Virus record (IMG/VR): IMGVR_UViG_3300020576_005251
Span: 64,001 to 128,000 of that record
DNA length: 64,000 bases
DNA from: a virus
Lineage: Duplodnaviria; Caudoviricetes
Direction: 5' to 3' (one strand)
How positions within the stretch are numbered: position 1 is the stretch's first letter; each line of letters starts with the position of its first letter. A program made the position numbers and the translations under genes. The notes under the pieces are model-generated. The model was not told where the DNA came from. It was given only the letters and a program-made list of their open reading frames with translations, and made no database searches. This document shows, one piece after another, positions 49,453 through 57,711 of this stretch.

Positions 49453-49797
49453 CAGATCTCTTCCTTCTCCAGCACCCTCATCGCCTCATCGAAGAGCGCC
49501 AGGACCTCTTCTTTGGTGCGGAAGGGGCCATCGTTGTAGGTCGCGATGGCGGGGACCACGCCGAGCTGCTCTGCGGCCTTCTCAAGGGCCCACCACAAGG
49601 TGGCCTGCATCCAGATAGAGTCATGTGCGTCCAGGCTGACCTTCGTCACGGCCCCGAGCGCACAGAACTTGGTCGCGCTGTCGTCGCTGACGCGGCAGGG
49701 CTCGTTGAAATGATCGCGTGCGTAGGCCCTCTGCGTCCATCCTTTCTCGATGTAGGTGCGGGCGCGAGCGAGGCTTGTTTGTGCGGGGGGTGGTCAC
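49452..49797 (-). pseudogene. DUF6197-like copy 3, apparently frameshifted at a G6 run near its start
   Basis: The frame encoding ARTYIEKGWTQ…FCALGA…YNDGPFRTKEEV has no start before the family motif; the GAGG-preceded GTG at 49797 is one base out of frame. Confidence 0.55.
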
Positions 49798-50141
49798 TTG
49801 GGTTCCTCTTTCTCTGCGATCAGGATCGCCTCATCAAACAGCGACAGGATCTCCTCCTTGGTGCGGTTCCACTTGTCGTTGTATTCGCTCACGCTCGGGT
49901 ACGCCTTGCCTGTCCGGACATCCAGCGCTGAGCGCAGGTGAGTCTGAGCCTCGATCGCACGCTTGGGCGCTGCGCCACTCTCCCACGCTGCGCGATTCAA
50001 CGCACCCACTGCACAGAACTGCGTAGCACCTCCATAGGTGGCGCTGACCGGATACCCCTTGGCCTCGCGTGCGAAACAGCCCTGGGTCCAGCCTTGTTCG
50101 ATGAACGCCTTGGCGGCGCGGAGAACGTCACGAGTTACCAT
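49794..50141 (-). CDS. DUF6197-like copy 4
   Basis: AKAFIEQGWTQGCFAR…FCAVGA…YNDKWNRTKEEILSLFDEAI. Confidence 0.65.
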   Translation of the reverse strand: MVTRDVLRAAKAFIEQGWTQGCFAREAKGYPVSATYGGATQFCAVGALNRAAWESGAAPKRAIEAQTHLRSALDVRTGKAYPSVSEYNDKWNRTKEEILSLFDEAILIAEKEEPK

Positions 50142-50442
50142 TGGTCTTCCTCTTTTCAGTGATGGAGTCGTATTGGTCCTTGGTGAGCATTGCGACCCAC
50201 GTACCGAAGTCTTGCCAGTAGCTGGGTGTGACGCCGTATTCGTTCACGACGCCCCTGTCGCGGGCCAGTCCCATGTGCCGTTGCGCTGCCTTCGAGGCCG
50301 TCGATACCGACTGTGCACGTGTGTGAACCCAGCCGAGGCGCGACTTACCGGGGGCCTTGAAGCACACAGAGTAACCCCACCCTACTGGAGCCGACTGCAT
50401 CAGACAGAAGGAGTCGGTAGCACGGGCCATGCGGATGATCAT
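50128..50442 (-). CDS. Hypothetical protein
   Basis: Likely start MIIRMAR after GAGG. Confidence 0.4.
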   Translation of the reverse strand: MIIRMARATDSFCLMQSAPVGWGYSVCFKAPGKSRLGWVHTRAQSVSTASKAAQRHMGLARDRGVVNEYGVTPSYWQDFGTWVAMLTKDQYDSITEKRKTNGNS

Positions 50443-50473
50443 CGGGTCTGCGCCCTCTTCAACCTCTCGGCCC

Positions 50474-50782
50474 TTACTCCACACGGGCAATGGCCTTGTC
50501 GAAGAGAGCCAGGACCTCCTCCTGGGTGCGGGAAGGGTGGTCGTTGTATGCGCTGACAGTCCATTGATGATCACGACCCTGGAGCACAGAGCAAAGCACC
50601 GAGAGATGTGCCGGAAAGTAGTGACCACACACGGAGACGAGCGCGCCCATAGCACAGAACTTAGTTGCGTCAGGGTATTCGGCTAAGATCGGTTGCCCCT
50701 GGGCATCCCGTGCGTTTGTGCCTTGACACCACCCCGTCTCGACCTTCGCCCTCGCCGTAATGAGATCTTCTTTGACTGTCAT
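50474..50782 (-). CDS. DUF6197-like copy 5
   Basis: ARAKVETGWCQGTNARD…FCAMGA…YNDHPSRTQEEVLALFDKAI; GGAGG RBS. Confidence 0.65.
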   Translation of the reverse strand: MTVKEDLITARAKVETGWCQGTNARDAQGQPILAEYPDATKFCAMGALVSVCGHYFPAHLSVLCSVLQGRDHQWTVSAYNDHPSRTQEEVLALFDKAIARVE

Positions 50783-50814
50783 CTTACCTCCCTACCAAAA
50801 GAGTGTGAACCAAT

Positions 50815-50850
50815 ACGGCGTACGGCGCGCTCGAACGCGCCGTACGCCGT
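50815..50850. other. Perfect 15-bp hairpin built around the TACGGCGTA motif
   Basis: acggcgtacggcgcg-ctcgaa-cgcgccgtacgccgt, intergenic. Confidence 0.8.
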
Positions 50851-50870
50851 CCGTACTTGTACCAGGAAGC

Positions 50871-51668
50871 TCAGTCGATCTTGCGGACCTCGTTGGGATA
50901 GAAGAGCATGAGCTTCGGCCCCGCGAAGACCTGATCCTGGGGGCGTACGACGTACTGGTAGCCACCGAGGTTGTAGGTGATGGGTGCGTCGAGGGGCGTG
51001 CTAATCACGCCCACTGCGTGGGCGAGCGCGCCCTCGAAGAAGTTCCCGCGCTTGAGGTAGACGCGTGCGAACCGCCCACCCTCCGGCGTCAGCGCCCACT
51101 GGGCGGGCGACGTGTCGATGGCGCGCAGTTCATCCCGGAACGTCTCGATGACGTGGAAGGCGTGTACCCCAGATGGCGCCGCGCGTGCGGCGGGGCTCAT
51201 CCGCACTCCCTCGGCCGCGTTCAGCGAGCGGCGGTAGATCTGGTAGGCCGACGCGCCCCGCAGAGAGTCGTAGGGCGCGGCGAGGGTCTCAGCGAGGGAT
51301 TGCCACAGATCCTCCGCCCGATTGCGAATCTTGACCCACTCGGTCTCGGTGTACGAACCACGTCGGTCCGACTGCGCCAGACACCACGTCCAGAGCCCTC
51401 GAATGCGGTAGAACATGCCCTCCGCGTCGATGAGTTCCGCCTCGCCCTTGGGGACGAGCTTGGTGAGATCGACGCCTTTGAGGGTCTCGGCCACACCGAA
51501 GAGCGGGTGGCCGATCTGCTCTTCGAGTTCGAGCTGGACCTGCGCGTGCCCGGCGTATCCGTCGGCGATGAGCGTCTGGAGCCCGTCGAGGTCGGAGGCG
51601 TAGGGCTTGGGGTCGGGGGCGTATCGGGCGACGGTGAGGATGTAGCGGTCGATCCAGATCTTCTTCAT
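50871..51668 (-). CDS. Hypothetical protein (tandem paralogue of 51665-52537)
   Basis: ATGA-coupled start MKKIWIDRY; shared N- and C-terminal patterns. Confidence 0.6.
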   Translation of the reverse strand: MKKIWIDRYILTVARYAPDPKPYASDLDGLQTLIADGYAGHAQVQLELEEQIGHPLFGVAETLKGVDLTKLVPKGEAELIDAEGMFYRIRGLWTWCLAQSDRRGSYTETEWVKIRNRAEDLWQSLAETLAAPYDSLRGASAYQIYRRSLNAAEGVRMSPAARAAPSGVHAFHVIETFRDELRAIDTSPAQWALTPEGGRFARVYLKRGNFFEGALAHAVGVISTPLDAPITYNLGGYQYVVRPQDQVFAGPKLMLFYPNEVRKID

Positions 51669-52537
51669 CGGAGGACTCCCAGTGAAATGTGACGAGAGAG
51701 CGTGTGCGGGAAGAACCACGCACAGCGGTTGCCGGTGTGGCCGGTGGTCACGGGGATCAGCTTGTCGCATGCGGCGCTGTAGTAGATGCCGTCGATCAGG
51801 TAGCTGATCGTTCCCGAACAGCTGGTCGTGTCGTAGTCGCACACGAGCAGGTGCGCGAGCGTGCCGTCCATGTAGTTCCCAGTGGACCAGTGAAGCTGCA
51901 TGTGTTCGGAGGTCTCGATCGGCGCCGCCGTCGGGAACTCCAGCAGATCATTGTAGAAGTCGTGAAGGATTGCGACGGTCGCCCGTTCGATGAGAGATGT
52001 GGGGTGCTCCTTCCAGCGCGCCTGAGCGAACTGGAGCAGATGATGTGTGTAGTCTCGGAGCTTGCGGAAGCCGATATAGCCCACCACGGAAGCGTCCGCG
52101 TGCGCGAAGTCCTCGATCTCGACGGCGAGGGTGCCTACTGCGAGCTTCACGGCACGCCAGACCGCGTCCGCGTCGTTCGGGCGCTGGACGCGTCCCCGCT
52201 CCTTGCTCTCGTTGATGTGAAGGCGCAGCAGCCACAGCGCCTTCATGCGCAGCGGGATGTCGGGCCCTTGGACGAACTTCGCGAAGTCTTCGTCGGGGAT
52301 CAGGGGGCGTGCGTACTCCCGCGCGCGAGGCACCCCGATCTCTTCGATGTTGAAGGGGGTGAGCGACTGCGCGGAGAGAGCGGTGAGCTTAGCGATGGTC
52401 TTGGGTTCGTCATTCTCGGACGACGTGTCGGTGACGAGGTCCTGAAAGGCGTTGTCCGAGTCGTCGTAGCAACGTGGGGCGTCAGCGTAGGTGTAGGTGG
52501 TGAGCTCGTAGTGCTCGACGTAGAGTCGTTTGGTCAT
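51665..52537 (-). CDS. Hypothetical protein (tandem paralogue of 50871-51668)
   Basis: Start MTKRLYVEHY; GNYMDGTLAH vs GNFFEGALAH. Confidence 0.6.
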   Translation of the reverse strand: MTKRLYVEHYELTTYTYADAPRCYDDSDNAFQDLVTDTSSENDEPKTIAKLTALSAQSLTPFNIEEIGVPRAREYARPLIPDEDFAKFVQGPDIPLRMKALWLLRLHINESKERGRVQRPNDADAVWRAVKLAVGTLAVEIEDFAHADASVVGYIGFRKLRDYTHHLLQFAQARWKEHPTSLIERATVAILHDFYNDLLEFPTAAPIETSEHMQLHWSTGNYMDGTLAHLLVCDYDTTSCSGTISYLIDGIYYSAACDKLIPVTTGHTGNRCAWFFPHTLSRHISLGVLR

Positions 52538-52707
52538 TGGTTGCTCCAGTACGTGATGTGGCGGTGAGTAGTGAGAAACCGCCCCGACCCACGCGGCCAA
52601 GGCGGCGCGAAGAAGTCGCCGACGTGATCAGCCCAGGCGTCTCCGTACCCCTGCTCCTCGGCGGGGAGCTCCACCAGGAGGCTCAGGATCTTGGCGTAGG
52701 GGTTCAC
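52534..52707 (-). CDS. 57-aa ORF with N-terminus duplicated from its neighbour (not in ORF track)
   Basis: VNPYAKILSLLVELPAEE…; coupled at both ends. Confidence 0.45.
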   Translation of the reverse strand: MNPYAKILSLLVELPAEEQGYGDAWADHVGDFFAPPWPRGSGRFLTTHRHITYWSNQ

Positions 52708-53117
52708 GTCGAGCTCCTTGTGTTGTCTTCTTCGTAGTCAGCAGAAAGCAGGCGCAAGCGCGCACAGACGCTGCGGTATCGCGCGCGGCAGGTCTCGGGG
52801 TCGTTCTTCACCACTTCGTAGTAGTCGTTGGCGATCTCCAGCTTTCTCACCACGTCGTAGAGGGCGTGGTCGTCCAGACCGAGAACCGCGTGACCCCACT
52901 GTGCGATCGGCGTCTCGGGGATGTCTGTCTCGTGTCGAAACGAAGCGCTCGCCTCCTGCTGCGGGTTCAGCGCGAAGCCGCCCTTCGGCAGCAGCGTCCC
53001 GAAGAGACAGCCGCACTCCCTCTCACCCACCTTCTGACGGCGAGACATCGAGACCAGGAGACGCTCCTCGTCGGGGAGCGCCTCCAAGAGGCTCAGGATC
53101 TTGGCGTAGGGGTTCAT
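52704..53117 (-). CDS. Hypothetical protein, CGCxFGT family
   Basis: MNPYAKILSLLEALP…ECGCLFGT. Confidence 0.6.
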   Translation of the reverse strand: MNPYAKILSLLEALPDEERLLVSMSRRQKVGERECGCLFGTLLPKGGFALNPQQEASASFRHETDIPETPIAQWGHAVLGLDDHALYDVVRKLEIANDYYEVVKNDPETCRARYRSVCARLRLLSADYEEDNTRSST

Positions 53118-53635
53118 GCGCCCTCCGGGAAGAGCTCGGGGAAGTCGCGGCGGATCTTGCAGCGGCCCTTGAGGACGCTGGAGGTCTCCATCAACCGAAC
53201 GAAGTCGGGGGTCAGGATGTAGAAGCTCCAGCTGAAGTCGTGGCGGTAGACGCACAGGTACTGCCCCAGGGCGAGCTGGTCCGGGAACACCGCCTGCTCC
53301 TTGGGGCTGACACGCAGGAGCGTGAAGCACTTGTTGATGTAGCTGCGATCGAACACCTCGCGAGAGGAGTCGAGGCCCACCAGCGCGTGGGCGATGCCGA
53401 GGAGATCAGGCTCGTGCAGCTCATCGCCCACGCACTCGATGCGTACGGCGTATCCCTCGGCCTGAGGGTTCTTCTCCCAGTAGGCCCTGAAGTAGTCGTG
53501 GATGTACTCGCCGTGGTCTTCGGTGAAGGGCGTCGACGCCCTCGACTCTTTCAACGCTCGATCGAGCGCCATCAGGTCGTACTTGTCCAGGTCGACGCTC
53601 ACGGTCGCGAGCGGCTTCTTCTCATCTTCACTCAT
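53114..53635 (-). CDS. Hypothetical protein
   Basis: Coupled ORF. Confidence 0.6.
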   Translation of the reverse strand: MSEDEKKPLATVSVDLDKYDLMALDRALKESRASTPFTEDHGEYIHDYFRAYWEKNPQAEGYAVRIECVGDELHEPDLLGIAHALVGLDSSREVFDRSYINKCFTLLRVSPKEQAVFPDQLALGQYLCVYRHDFSWSFYILTPDFVRLMETSSVLKGRCKIRRDFPELFPEGA

Positions 53636-53859
53636 ACGATCTCCATGTCCGCTGGGATCCCCGCCAGCGGTCGGCTTGCCGTGATGACATCCACGGTCTC
53701 TTGGTTGCCGTGGAGATCGGCCAGGACGATACCATCCAGGTCGATCTCCACGAAGATGCGGTGGTCGTAGTGATTGCCGTCACGGGTGACGGCGACGGTC
53801 TCGCCCTCTTCGAGGGAAGAGGCGATGAGTTCGGTGTCGCAGTGGGGTGGGTTCTTCAT
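53632..53859 (-). CDS. Small hypothetical protein
   Basis: Coupled ORF. Confidence 0.55.
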   Translation of the reverse strand: MKNPPHCDTELIASSLEEGETVAVTRDGNHYDHRIFVEIDLDGIVLADLHGNQETVDVITASRPLAGIPADMEIV

Positions 53860-54404
53860 CGGCCAAGCAACGCGTTCAATGCGAACCTACCAGTGAGGCG
53901 CCGAACTTCATCCACAGTAACGCGAAGAATCGCAGCCTGCCCTGCGTCGCCCTCCATCCAGAAACGACGGTTGGGTCTGAACCCACCCGCGAATCGGCGC
54001 CGCCAGTAGTGATACCTCGGCGAACCCCCTGGAGGCGGCTTGTCATAGGGGTCGGGGGTGGGGCCGCGCGGGACGCGACCACGGATCTTGAAGATGGTGG
54101 GTTCGATCTCCCAGAGGCGTTCGAGAGGAAGGTCGTAGAGCAGAACCGCACCTGCTTGTGTGGTGTCAAGCGCGAGCGGGAGTTTCGGGTCGCTTCCCGT
54201 GAAGAACCCGATCAGGTGGCCGTACGGAAACCACTCGACGGCGGATGGTCCGTACCAGTAGCTCCGCAGCCACACATACGGAGGGGCCCCGTTGAGAAGC
54301 GCGCCCAGGTGCGTCTCCATACGCCGTACGAGCGCCTCGTGGTGCCTCGCCTTCTCGCGATCGACCTTATGCATCAGCCGATGCAGTTCACCGCGTGTCA
54401 TCAC
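53856..54404 (-). CDS. Hypothetical protein
   Basis: Coupled ORF. Confidence 0.55.
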   Translation of the reverse strand: MMTRGELHRLMHKVDREKARHHEALVRRMETHLGALLNGAPPYVWLRSYWYGPSAVEWFPYGHLIGFFTGSDPKLPLALDTTQAGAVLLYDLPLERLWEIEPTIFKIRGRVPRGPTPDPYDKPPPGGSPRYHYWRRRFAGGFRPNRRFWMEGDAGQAAILRVTVDEVRRLTGRFALNALLGR

Positions 54405-54700
54405 GAGTCGTACTCCTCCCAGTTAGTGTTCTTGGGGTCGATCCCCAGCTCTTCGTGGATGAGCGCGCGCTCCGCTTCCATGCCGAGGTTCTTGGGGATC
54501 GCGTGGCCGTTGGCGAGGCGAAGGAGGAGCTCGGCCACGGCCAGCTGCGTACGTGTCTCCGGGAGTCCGTGCATCAGCAGAGACTGGACGGCCTCCACTC
54601 CGTACGCCTTACGCAGCGCGCCCAGGGAGAGCTTGTCGATCCTACTCCAGATGACCAGCTCGGAGAGCTGGCGAAGAATCTTGTCAGTATTCACGGCCAT
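54401..54700 (-). CDS. Hypothetical protein
   Basis: Coupled ORF. Confidence 0.55.
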   Translation of the reverse strand: MAVNTDKILRQLSELVIWSRIDKLSLGALRKAYGVEAVQSLLMHGLPETRTQLAVAELLLRLANGHAIPKNLGMEAERALIHEELGIDPKNTNWEEYDS

Positions 54701-55293
54701 TGACGAAACCTCACCTTCGAAGGGTCCTTGAGCTTGCCTTCATCGTCGAAGTCGGTGTCCATGTCGATGTCCTGCTTCCACTCGGAGTGCGGGCACGTCT
54801 CATCCTCGCAGAGCCCGTTCTTGTCGAGGGGCGTAGCGCATCGCTTGCAGTTGCTCGGGTAGTTCGGCATCGCCAGCAGCGTCTCGGGGTCGCGGGAGAA
54901 GATGTCCGCGAGTCGCTCCTGGAGCGTGGCCTTGGCGGTAGAGACTTCCTGGCGCGCAGTGATCTCACTGAGCAGGACGACGTTGGCGAAGCGCGCGACG
55001 AGGTCGGACAGGCGTGGCAGGTCCTTGTCGTAGACGCTTTCCACATCTCGAAGCGACGCCGAGTTGCGATAGAACGCCTGCATGAGCGTCTCGCCGTTGA
55101 GCGTCGATGTCTGGCCCTTCTCGGGGAATCGGAAGTCGTACACGCCCCCGCTCTCGTCGTTGTCCTGCGTCCACACCAGGAAGTCGTCGCCGTCCTGAAT
55201 GAAGGCATCACGTACACACCCGAGCCTGCGTAGGTGGACCGCCATGGCTCGGATCAGCTCCCGGAGGCTCTCCGCTTCGTTCTCGTTGATCAT
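54691..55293 (-). CDS. Hypothetical protein with C-terminal Zn finger
   Basis: CKRC…GLCEDETCPHS. Confidence 0.6.
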   Translation of the reverse strand: MINENEAESLRELIRAMAVHLRRLGCVRDAFIQDGDDFLVWTQDNDESGGVYDFRFPEKGQTSTLNGETLMQAFYRNSASLRDVESVYDKDLPRLSDLVARFANVVLLSEITARQEVSTAKATLQERLADIFSRDPETLLAMPNYPSNCKRCATPLDKNGLCEDETCPHSEWKQDIDMDTDFDDEGKLKDPSKVRFRQWP

Positions 55294-55294
55294 G

Positions 55295-55486
55295 TCACTT
55301 CCCCTTCGTTGTCACTTCGTAGATCTCGACTTCGCTGTCATCCTCAGCCAGTCCGTTGTAGACCCAGCTCACATTGCCGATGTTCTCTCGCATCTTGGCG
55401 TCAGCCTCCTCGCGCGTTGGTGCTTCGATATCAAGGCGACCCTTCACGTGCGCCGTGGACGACAGTCGATAATGGAACTTCATCAC
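55295..55486 (-). CDS. Small hypothetical protein
   Basis: GGAGG RBS; coupled. Confidence 0.55.
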   Translation of the reverse strand: MMKFHYRLSSTAHVKGRLDIEAPTREEADAKMRENIGNVSWVYNGLAEDDSEVEIYEVTTKGK

Positions 55487-55977
55487 TCCACCTCCTCAGT
55501 CAGCAGCTTCCGGTCGATCGGCCGCGTCGCTTCCGCCATCAGGCGTTGCATCGGCTCAGGCAACGCTTCCTGGCACGCCGCATCGGGGAACTCCGCCGTC
55601 ACCTCACGCACCACCGCCGCGCGCAACTTCATCAGGGCGTTGTGGTTGAGGTTCGAGATCTGCCCCTGTCGCCGGTACTTCTTCTTGCACTCGGCGAGGC
55701 GTTCCTCGATGTCCGCGTCCGCGATCAGCTGCTCCTTGCGAAGGAGGAACTCCGCCGCGCGCGTCTCCCAACGCATCTGGGCGAACTCGCGGCGCGAGAG
55801 CGCATCCTCCGAACGCGTGATGCCCCGCGCCTTGTCGTGCTCGATCTGCTGTTGGATGGAGTTGCTCCGCACCTTGACGAAGGCCAGGGCGGCGTCGCAC
55901 TCGGCGATGGTTCGTGGGATGCGAACGTTCGCTGCGAGGCAGAAGAAGGGGGCAGGGATGGCAGGGTTCTCGCTCAT
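55483..55977 (-). CDS. Hypothetical helical protein (first gene after a promoter-like motif)
   Basis: AGGAG RBS; TGGTATAAG upstream. Confidence 0.6.
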   Translation of the reverse strand: MSENPAIPAPFFCLAANVRIPRTIAECDAALAFVKVRSNSIQQQIEHDKARGITRSEDALSRREFAQMRWETRAAEFLLRKEQLIADADIEERLAECKKKYRRQGQISNLNHNALMKLRAAVVREVTAEFPDAACQEALPEPMQRLMAEATRPIDRKLLTEEVE

Positions 55978-56042
55978 GGTGGTTCTCCTGAGAGCGCCGT
56001 TTCTTTGGCACTCAAAGTCTTATACCAGAGCGTGGGCCGGAT

Positions 56043-56654
56043 TCAGACTACGTAGCGAAGGTAGGCAGGATCGATGGCGCCTTCATCCGAGAGCGCCCAG
56101 GCGGCAGGAGAGCCGTGAAGCCCCGCAATCACCTGTGTGAGTTGCACGGTCACGCCGTTCAAACGCCCCAGCTTCCTCACGAGTCGCGTGCCGTGCGAGT
56201 AGTCGGCGTACTTCTTCGAGTGCACGGTACAGAGCGGCTGGACCGGCTTGACGGCGCCCTTGTACCACGCGCCGTAGATGATCACCTTGTCGCGCTTCTT
56301 TCGAAGTAGGCGCGACACCACGATGTCCTTCTTGTGGTCCACGAAGAGCCCCACACGCCCAGCGCGGTCCGCCTCGATCTTCTCGTTGGAGGTGCGCACG
56401 AGCCGATGGGCGGTGATGCTCTCGCCTGTGACGGGTCGCACGGAGCGGAAGGGGAGGTGGACGGCGTCAGGCGCCTCCCGGATACGCCGTACGATGGCGG
56501 GCGTCGGGAGCATGGCCTCGTACTCGTCGGCGTAGAGCTGCGCGACGGCCGGGGTGAGGGCCATTCGAACACCAGCGTCGTCTTGCAGGTAGTCGGTGGT
56601 AACTTCGATCTCCAAGCCCTCGGGGCAGGAGATCCAGATCCAGTTGGGGGTCAT
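56043..56654 (-). CDS. Hypothetical enzyme-like protein
   Basis: TACTTT-N5-ATG start; HKKDIV…IIYGAW…QPL…HS..YADYSHGTRLV look like conserved motifs; function not recognised. Confidence 0.55.
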   Translation of the reverse strand: MTPNWIWISCPEGLEIEVTTDYLQDDAGVRMALTPAVAQLYADEYEAMLPTPAIVRRIREAPDAVHLPFRSVRPVTGESITAHRLVRTSNEKIEADRAGRVGLFVDHKKDIVVSRLLRKKRDKVIIYGAWYKGAVKPVQPLCTVHSKKYADYSHGTRLVRKLGRLNGVTVQLTQVIAGLHGSPAAWALSDEGAIDPAYLRYVV

Positions 56655-56713
56655 ACCCAAAAGTAATGGGGAGGGTGCCGCCACCCGGGAGGGGGTGGCG
56701 GCGGTGGGGAGGG

Positions 56714-57604
56714 TCAGGGGGTGTGGGTGGGGAGGTCGGCGAGGCGCAGGGCGATGTCGAAGGTGGCGATTCTCAGGCGGTCCACCGCTTCGCGCAGGCC
56801 CGTGTAGTCGACCGACTTGGCGTACTCCTCACCGCTTCGATCCGCCCGCTCACGGCTCTTGGCGAGCAAGGCGTCGCGCTCGGTCTTCAGGTCGTTGCGC
56901 TCGGTCGCCAGCTTCGCGTACTCGGCCTTGAGGTCGTTGAGCGCCGTAACGCTCACTGTGTACGTGGAGGGGTCGGGCGCCTTCTCCTCGACCTCGCGTA
57001 CCGCGTACTGCATGCCGGGGATTCGGGTGATGGGCTTGAGGTTGGCGGGTTCACTCATGGTCTTCTGCTCCTGTAGTTCCCTGATCGCACAACGGAGATC
57101 GGTGTTGGCGTTCTGGAGGGTCTGGGCCATGTCATTCGCGACGTTGCGTTGCGTCTGGAGCTGCGCGTTCTCGCTCGCCTGCTTTCGCACACACGCGCGC
57201 AGTTCCATCCTCTCCCTGTCAGCCGTCGCGAGCTCCCCACGCAGGCGGAGCGTGCAAGCCTCATGAGCGTCGCGGTCCGCTTCGAGGGCGGTGAAGGTGC
57301 CCTGGAGAGTGGCGAGCTTGGCCTGCTCCTTGTTGAGCGCGTCACGAAGCTCTTGGATCGTGTCGTTCTGCTTCTCGAAGGCTTCCATCGTCGGATGGGA
57401 CTGCTCCAAGAGCTGCTTGCGAAGCTCTTGGTTCTCTGCGCGAAGCGTCACGATCGTCCGGTTCTCTTCGCGAAGAGAACCGTCCTTCACTTCAATCACC
57501 GTCGCCACGCGATCGAGGTACTTGTTGATCTCGCGGGCGACACTGTCGGTCACCGGGCCGCGCCCCCGGCGTTCCGCGCAAGAAGGCCACCACATGCGCA
57601 GCAT
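56714..57604 (-). CDS. Long coiled-coil protein (start uncertain, possibly 57553)
   Basis: Heptad E/L/Q/R-rich sequence. Confidence 0.55.
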   Translation of the reverse strand: MLRMWWPSCAERRGRGPVTDSVAREINKYLDRVATVIEVKDGSLREENRTIVTLRAENQELRKQLLEQSHPTMEAFEKQNDTIQELRDALNKEQAKLATLQGTFTALEADRDAHEACTLRLRGELATADRERMELRACVRKQASENAQLQTQRNVANDMAQTLQNANTDLRCAIRELQEQKTMSEPANLKPITRIPGMQYAVREVEEKAPDPSTYTVSVTALNDLKAEYAKLATERNDLKTERDALLAKSRERADRSGEEYAKSVDYTGLREAVDRLRIATFDIALRLADLPTHTP

Positions 57605-57711
57605 CTTCGTGCGAGGTGCCTACTTCACTCGTCGAGCACCACTCCATTGCGCGGTCGAGGCTCGACAGGTGTGGGTCGCGGATGTACCCCAGATTGGCTC
57701 TCGTCAGCATC

